Shown here in pieces: positions 28,647-32,000 of a stretch of DNA of 32,000 nucleotides. The notes under the pieces were generated by a model that had not been told where the DNA came from, ran no database searches, and saw only the letters and a list, made by a program, of their open reading frames with translations. Position 1 is the first letter of the stretch, and the number at the start of each line of letters is the position of its first letter. The translations under genes and the position numbers were made by a program. Origin of the DNA: Escherichia coli (GTDB taxonomy: Bacteria > Pseudomonadota > Gammaproteobacteria > Enterobacterales > Enterobacteriaceae). The stretch lies in NCBI RefSeq assembly GCF_040529125.1, contig NZ_CP156662.1; one strand, given 5' to 3'.

Positions 28647-29266
28647 GCGGCCCCCGTTTGCGTCAGTGAAATGCGGCGAATTTTACTTTCAGCAACGTTG
28701 AGCGGTTGGTGGGTAGTCAGAATCACAATCCCCCCCTGCTCCGTATGCTGCGCCATACGCTGGGTCAGACGATCGACGCCGTTAACATCAATCGCGGTAA
28801 AAGGCTCGTCGAGGATCCATAACGTGGCACGGGTCAGCCACAGACGCGCTAAAGCGACGCGGCGTTGTTGCCCGGCAGAAAGTTGATTTACCGGAATATC
28901 TTCGAATCCGGCAAGCCCGGCCTGCGCCAGGGCTTCCAGACATTGTGCGGTATCGCCATCGCGATGATAAAAGTGCAGATTTTCTAACGCCGTCAGCCGG
29001 GTTTTGATCCCCGGCTGATGGCCTATCCATAACAGGTTTTGATGGTAGCTGTCGCGTACCTGATGCAAGGGCTGCCCTTGCCAGAGAACCTCGCCTGCGT
29101 CAGGGCGAGACAACCCCGTCAGCAAACGGAGAAGCGTTGTCTTCCCCGCGCCGTTGCTACCGGTGATTTGTACCCACTCTCCTGCGTTCAGCGTAAATGA
29201 CAAGCCACTAAATAAGGTTCGTTCATCCCGCTCGCAAAGTAACTCTCTGGCTTCAAGCATACCCAC
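28643..29266 (-). CDS. ccmA: Heme exporter ATPase CcmA
   Basis: [14 protein letters not shown] Walker [15 protein letters not shown] signature. Confidence 0.95.
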   Translation of the reverse strand: MGMLEARELLCERDERTLFSGLSFTLNAGEWVQITGSNGAGKTTLLRLLTGLSRPDAGEVLWQGQPLHQVRDSYHQNLLWIGHQPGIKTRLTALENLHFYHRDGDTAQCLEALAQAGLAGFEDIPVNQLSAGQQRRVALARLWLTRATLWILDEPFTAIDVNGVDRLTQRMAQHTEQGGIVILTTHQPLNVAESKIRRISLTQTGAA

Positions 29267-29278
29267 GCAATAACCCTG

Positions 29279-29881
29279 TTAAAAACCTGGCTCGACTTCA
29301 CGCATATCGGGCAGCTTGTGCGCTATCCCTTTATGGCAATCAATACAGGTTTGCCCATCTTTCACCGCCTGGTCATGCATCTTCGCGGCAACCGATTTCT
29401 GGGCGGTTGTATCCATATACTCGAAGTTGTGACAGTTACGGCACTCCTGCGAGTTATTGTCCTTCATGCGCCGCCACTCATTCTGTGCCATCGTCAGGCG
29501 ATGAGCTTCAAATTTCTGCGGCGTGTCAATAACGCCAAAAATTTTACCATACAGCTCTTTACTTGCTTTGAGCTTGCGTATCATCTTCGGCACAAACTCG
29601 TGCGGAACGTGACAATCCGGACAGGTCGCACGGACGCCGCTACGGTTGTTGTAGTGCACGGAATCCATGTATTCCTGATACACCGTGTTACGCATTTCGT
29701 GGCAGCTAATGCAGAACTCTTCGGTATTGGCTTTTTCCATCCCGGTGTTAAAGCCGCCCCAGAAGACGATGCCACCGACAAAACCGATCAACAGCAGCGT
29801 CCCCAGCGCCAGACGGCTGGGGGTACGCCACCATTTCCACAGGCGCTTAATCAGACCAGGCTTACGGTCAGAATTTCCCAT
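29279..29881 (-). CDS. napC: Tetraheme c-type cytochrome NapC
   Basis: 200 aa with multiple CxxCH motifs. Confidence 0.95.
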   Translation of the reverse strand: MGNSDRKPGLIKRLWKWWRTPSRLALGTLLLIGFVGGIVFWGGFNTGMEKANTEEFCISCHEMRNTVYQEYMDSVHYNNRSGVRATCPDCHVPHEFVPKMIRKLKASKELYGKIFGVIDTPQKFEAHRLTMAQNEWRRMKDNNSQECRNCHNFEYMDTTAQKSVAAKMHDQAVKDGQTCIDCHKGIAHKLPDMREVEPGF

Positions 29882-29890
29882 AATAACCTC

Positions 29891-30340
29891 TTATTTCCCG
29901 TAACCTTTTGACGGGGTAAAGGTATTCCCCACGATTGGCGCGGTATCAGCCTGCGGCACGTGACATTGCAGACAGAAGTAACGACGTGGAGCCACTTCCG
30001 CGCCCACTTTGCCGTCGCTGTCCATAAAGTGAGTAGGACTGATGCGCGGCGCGCCAGTGGTGCGATAGCTTTCGACACCGTGGCACTGCAAGCAGCGGTT
30101 GGTATTGGTCGTTACCTGATAACCTTCAACGCTATGCGGGATCATTGGCGGCTGATTCACATAGTTCAGCGGCATCCGATCCTGCTCTTTTGGCATCCGA
30201 ATGGCCCCTTCCTGCGTCCCGGATACTTCCGGCGACTGGCTAAAATCGACGCCATTAGCCGCCCAAACCGCGCCGCTCACCACCAGGGCCAGCATCGCCG
30301 TCCATTGACACAGCGCTTTCTTCAGGTCATGGCTTTTCAT
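29891..30340 (-). CDS. napB: Diheme cytochrome NapB
   Basis: 149 aa from [10 protein letters not shown]; two CxxCH motifs. Confidence 0.94.
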   Translation of the reverse strand: MKSHDLKKALCQWTAMLALVVSGAVWAANGVDFSQSPEVSGTQEGAIRMPKEQDRMPLNYVNQPPMIPHSVEGYQVTTNTNRCLQCHGVESYRTTGAPRISPTHFMDSDGKVGAEVAPRRYFCLQCHVPQADTAPIVGNTFTPSKGYGK

Positions 30341-31200
30341 GATTTCGCTCCCGAACTCCATCGTGTAGTTATTGTAAATACATCCTCAGAACAGACATCC
30401 ACGCAGCGACCGCACGTCATGCAATCGCGGCTGGTGACCTGCACCGGGCTTTGTTCATCCAGCACCGGGGCACGTAGCACATGCGGTTCCGGGCAAACAT
30501 GAAAACAATCCATACAGCGGTTACATTTCTGCCGATCGGTGGCCGCAACGGTAATGACACCTTTGCTACCCAGCACGCCATACAGCGCGCCAACCGGACA
30601 AATGTGCCCGCACCAGCCGTGTTCAACGACCAGTAGATCAAATAAAAACAGCGCGAGAATAAGCAGCGCGCCGCTGCCGAATCCCATTACCAGACTGCGC
30701 CCCATCAGGGAAACGGGGTTGATCCATTCCCAGATGAGTGTGCCGGTTAAGGCCGATCCCAGCAGAATGACCACCAACAGCACGTAGCGAATGTGGCGAG
30801 GGATCGTCGCAGACTGATTGAGGTCAAAGCGCCTGCGTAACCAGTTCGCTAAGTCGGTAATCGGGTTCAGCGGGCAGACCCAGCTGCAAAATAATCGCTT
30901 TCCTGCCAGGGCGTAGAGCACGGTGATAATTACCGCACCGGTCAACGCCACCGTGGCAGGCAGATGACCGCTGGCAAGACTTTGCAGCGTCATCAGCGGA
31001 TCGGTCAGCGGAACGGTGTCGAATAACAGGCTACTGCTGTAGTTGCCGTGCAAGATCCACACACCAAACCACGGACCGCTCAAAAACATCCCCAGCACGA
31101 AGAACTGACAAAGGCGACGTAACACCAGCCAACGGTGGCTGCGCCACCAGCCTTTTTTCTCCAGCGCCTCGCGCCCGGCGTCACGTTTACGATTTGCCAT
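30337..31200 (-). CDS. napH: Ferredoxin-type quinol dehydrogenase component NapH
   Basis: 287 aa; membrane protein with 4Fe-4S motifs. Confidence 0.95.
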
Positions 31201-31882
31201 TGTTCCCCTCCAGCCAGCCGAAGCGGTAATGGTGACCTAACTCCCCTTTCGCCAGTGACAGCGGTAACACCTTGATTGCCGGTTGTTCCAGCACGCACAC
31301 TTTTTCGCACTTACCGCAGCCGGTACAGGCGTCGCTGTGAACCGTCGGCAGAAAGCGGGCGTGCTTACCGGTACGCGTGTTGCGCTCCAGCTCCAGGGTG
31401 ATTGCCTCATCAATTTTCGGGCATTCGCGATAACAAACATCGCAGCGCAGCCCCTGAAAGTTGAGACAGTTTTCCTGGTCCACCAGTACCGCCAGCCCCA
31501 TCCGCGCGTCGTCGATCGATTCGATCTCACGATCCAGCGCACCGCTCGGGCACACTTTGGCGCACGGAATGTCCTCACACATTTCGCAAGGAATATCCCG
31601 TGCGACAAAATATGGCGTGCCCGCCGACAGGCCAGAAGCCAGCGTCGCCAGTTTTAAGGTGTCGTAAGGGCAAGCCTGAACACACTGACCGCAACGCACA
31701 CAGGCACTGGCAAAGGCGTTCTCGTTTATGGCTCCGGGCGGGCGCAACCGCACGCCAGATGCGCGTGCGGTTTGCTGTTGTAACCCCAGCGCCACACCCA
31801 CGGCAGCCAGCCCGCCAGCTGTGCGAACGACATCGCGCAGAAAGCGGCGGCGACCATTTTGAGGTTTCGCTGACCGGGACAT
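31187..31882 (-). CDS. napG: Ferredoxin-type protein NapG
   Basis: 231 aa; twin-arginine leader RRRFLRDVV and multiple CxxCxxC clusters. Confidence 0.95.
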
Positions 31883-31888
31883 AATGGC

Positions 31889-32000
<112 letters not shown>

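Overview
The window reads as an Escherichia coli chromosomal segment: yejB(3' end)-yejE-yejF-yejG-bcr-rsuA-yejH/radD-rplY-yejK-yejL-yejM-proL, then yejO-narP-ccmHGFEDCBA-napCBHG-napA(3' end). The accessory part is a compact ~8.2 kb integrative element inserted at the 3' end of tRNA-Pro proL (about 11098-19286). Gene order is: P4-type tyrosine integrase, AlpA-like regulator, Ash/Icd-like overlapping ORFs, two small ORFs (one DUF4222-like), DUF927-type ATPase/helicase-like protein, SSB, ProQ/FinO-domain protein, ANR-like regulator, and a small DUF2829/Tad2-like protein. No capsid, terminase or capsid-remodelling genes are recognisable. The most notable features are in its non-coding DNA. (i) Putative integrase arm sites (12-bp tandem units, TTTAGTTATACG) occur at both ends. 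(ii) Two clusters of a 10-bp iteron (TGGGACAAGT/ACTTGTCCCA) with 21-bp spacing lie ~2.2 kb apart, one directly after the DUF927 gene and one near the right end beside a 9-bp GGTGGGACG tandem array and an (AT)n tract. This layout resembles a two-part ori/crr-like replication origin. (iii) A TTGACA-type promoter is bracketed by two direct and two inverted copies of AAATGATCC(CCC). (iv) A 34-bp near-palindrome lies between int and alpA. All family assignments come from reading the protein sequences; no database search was run.
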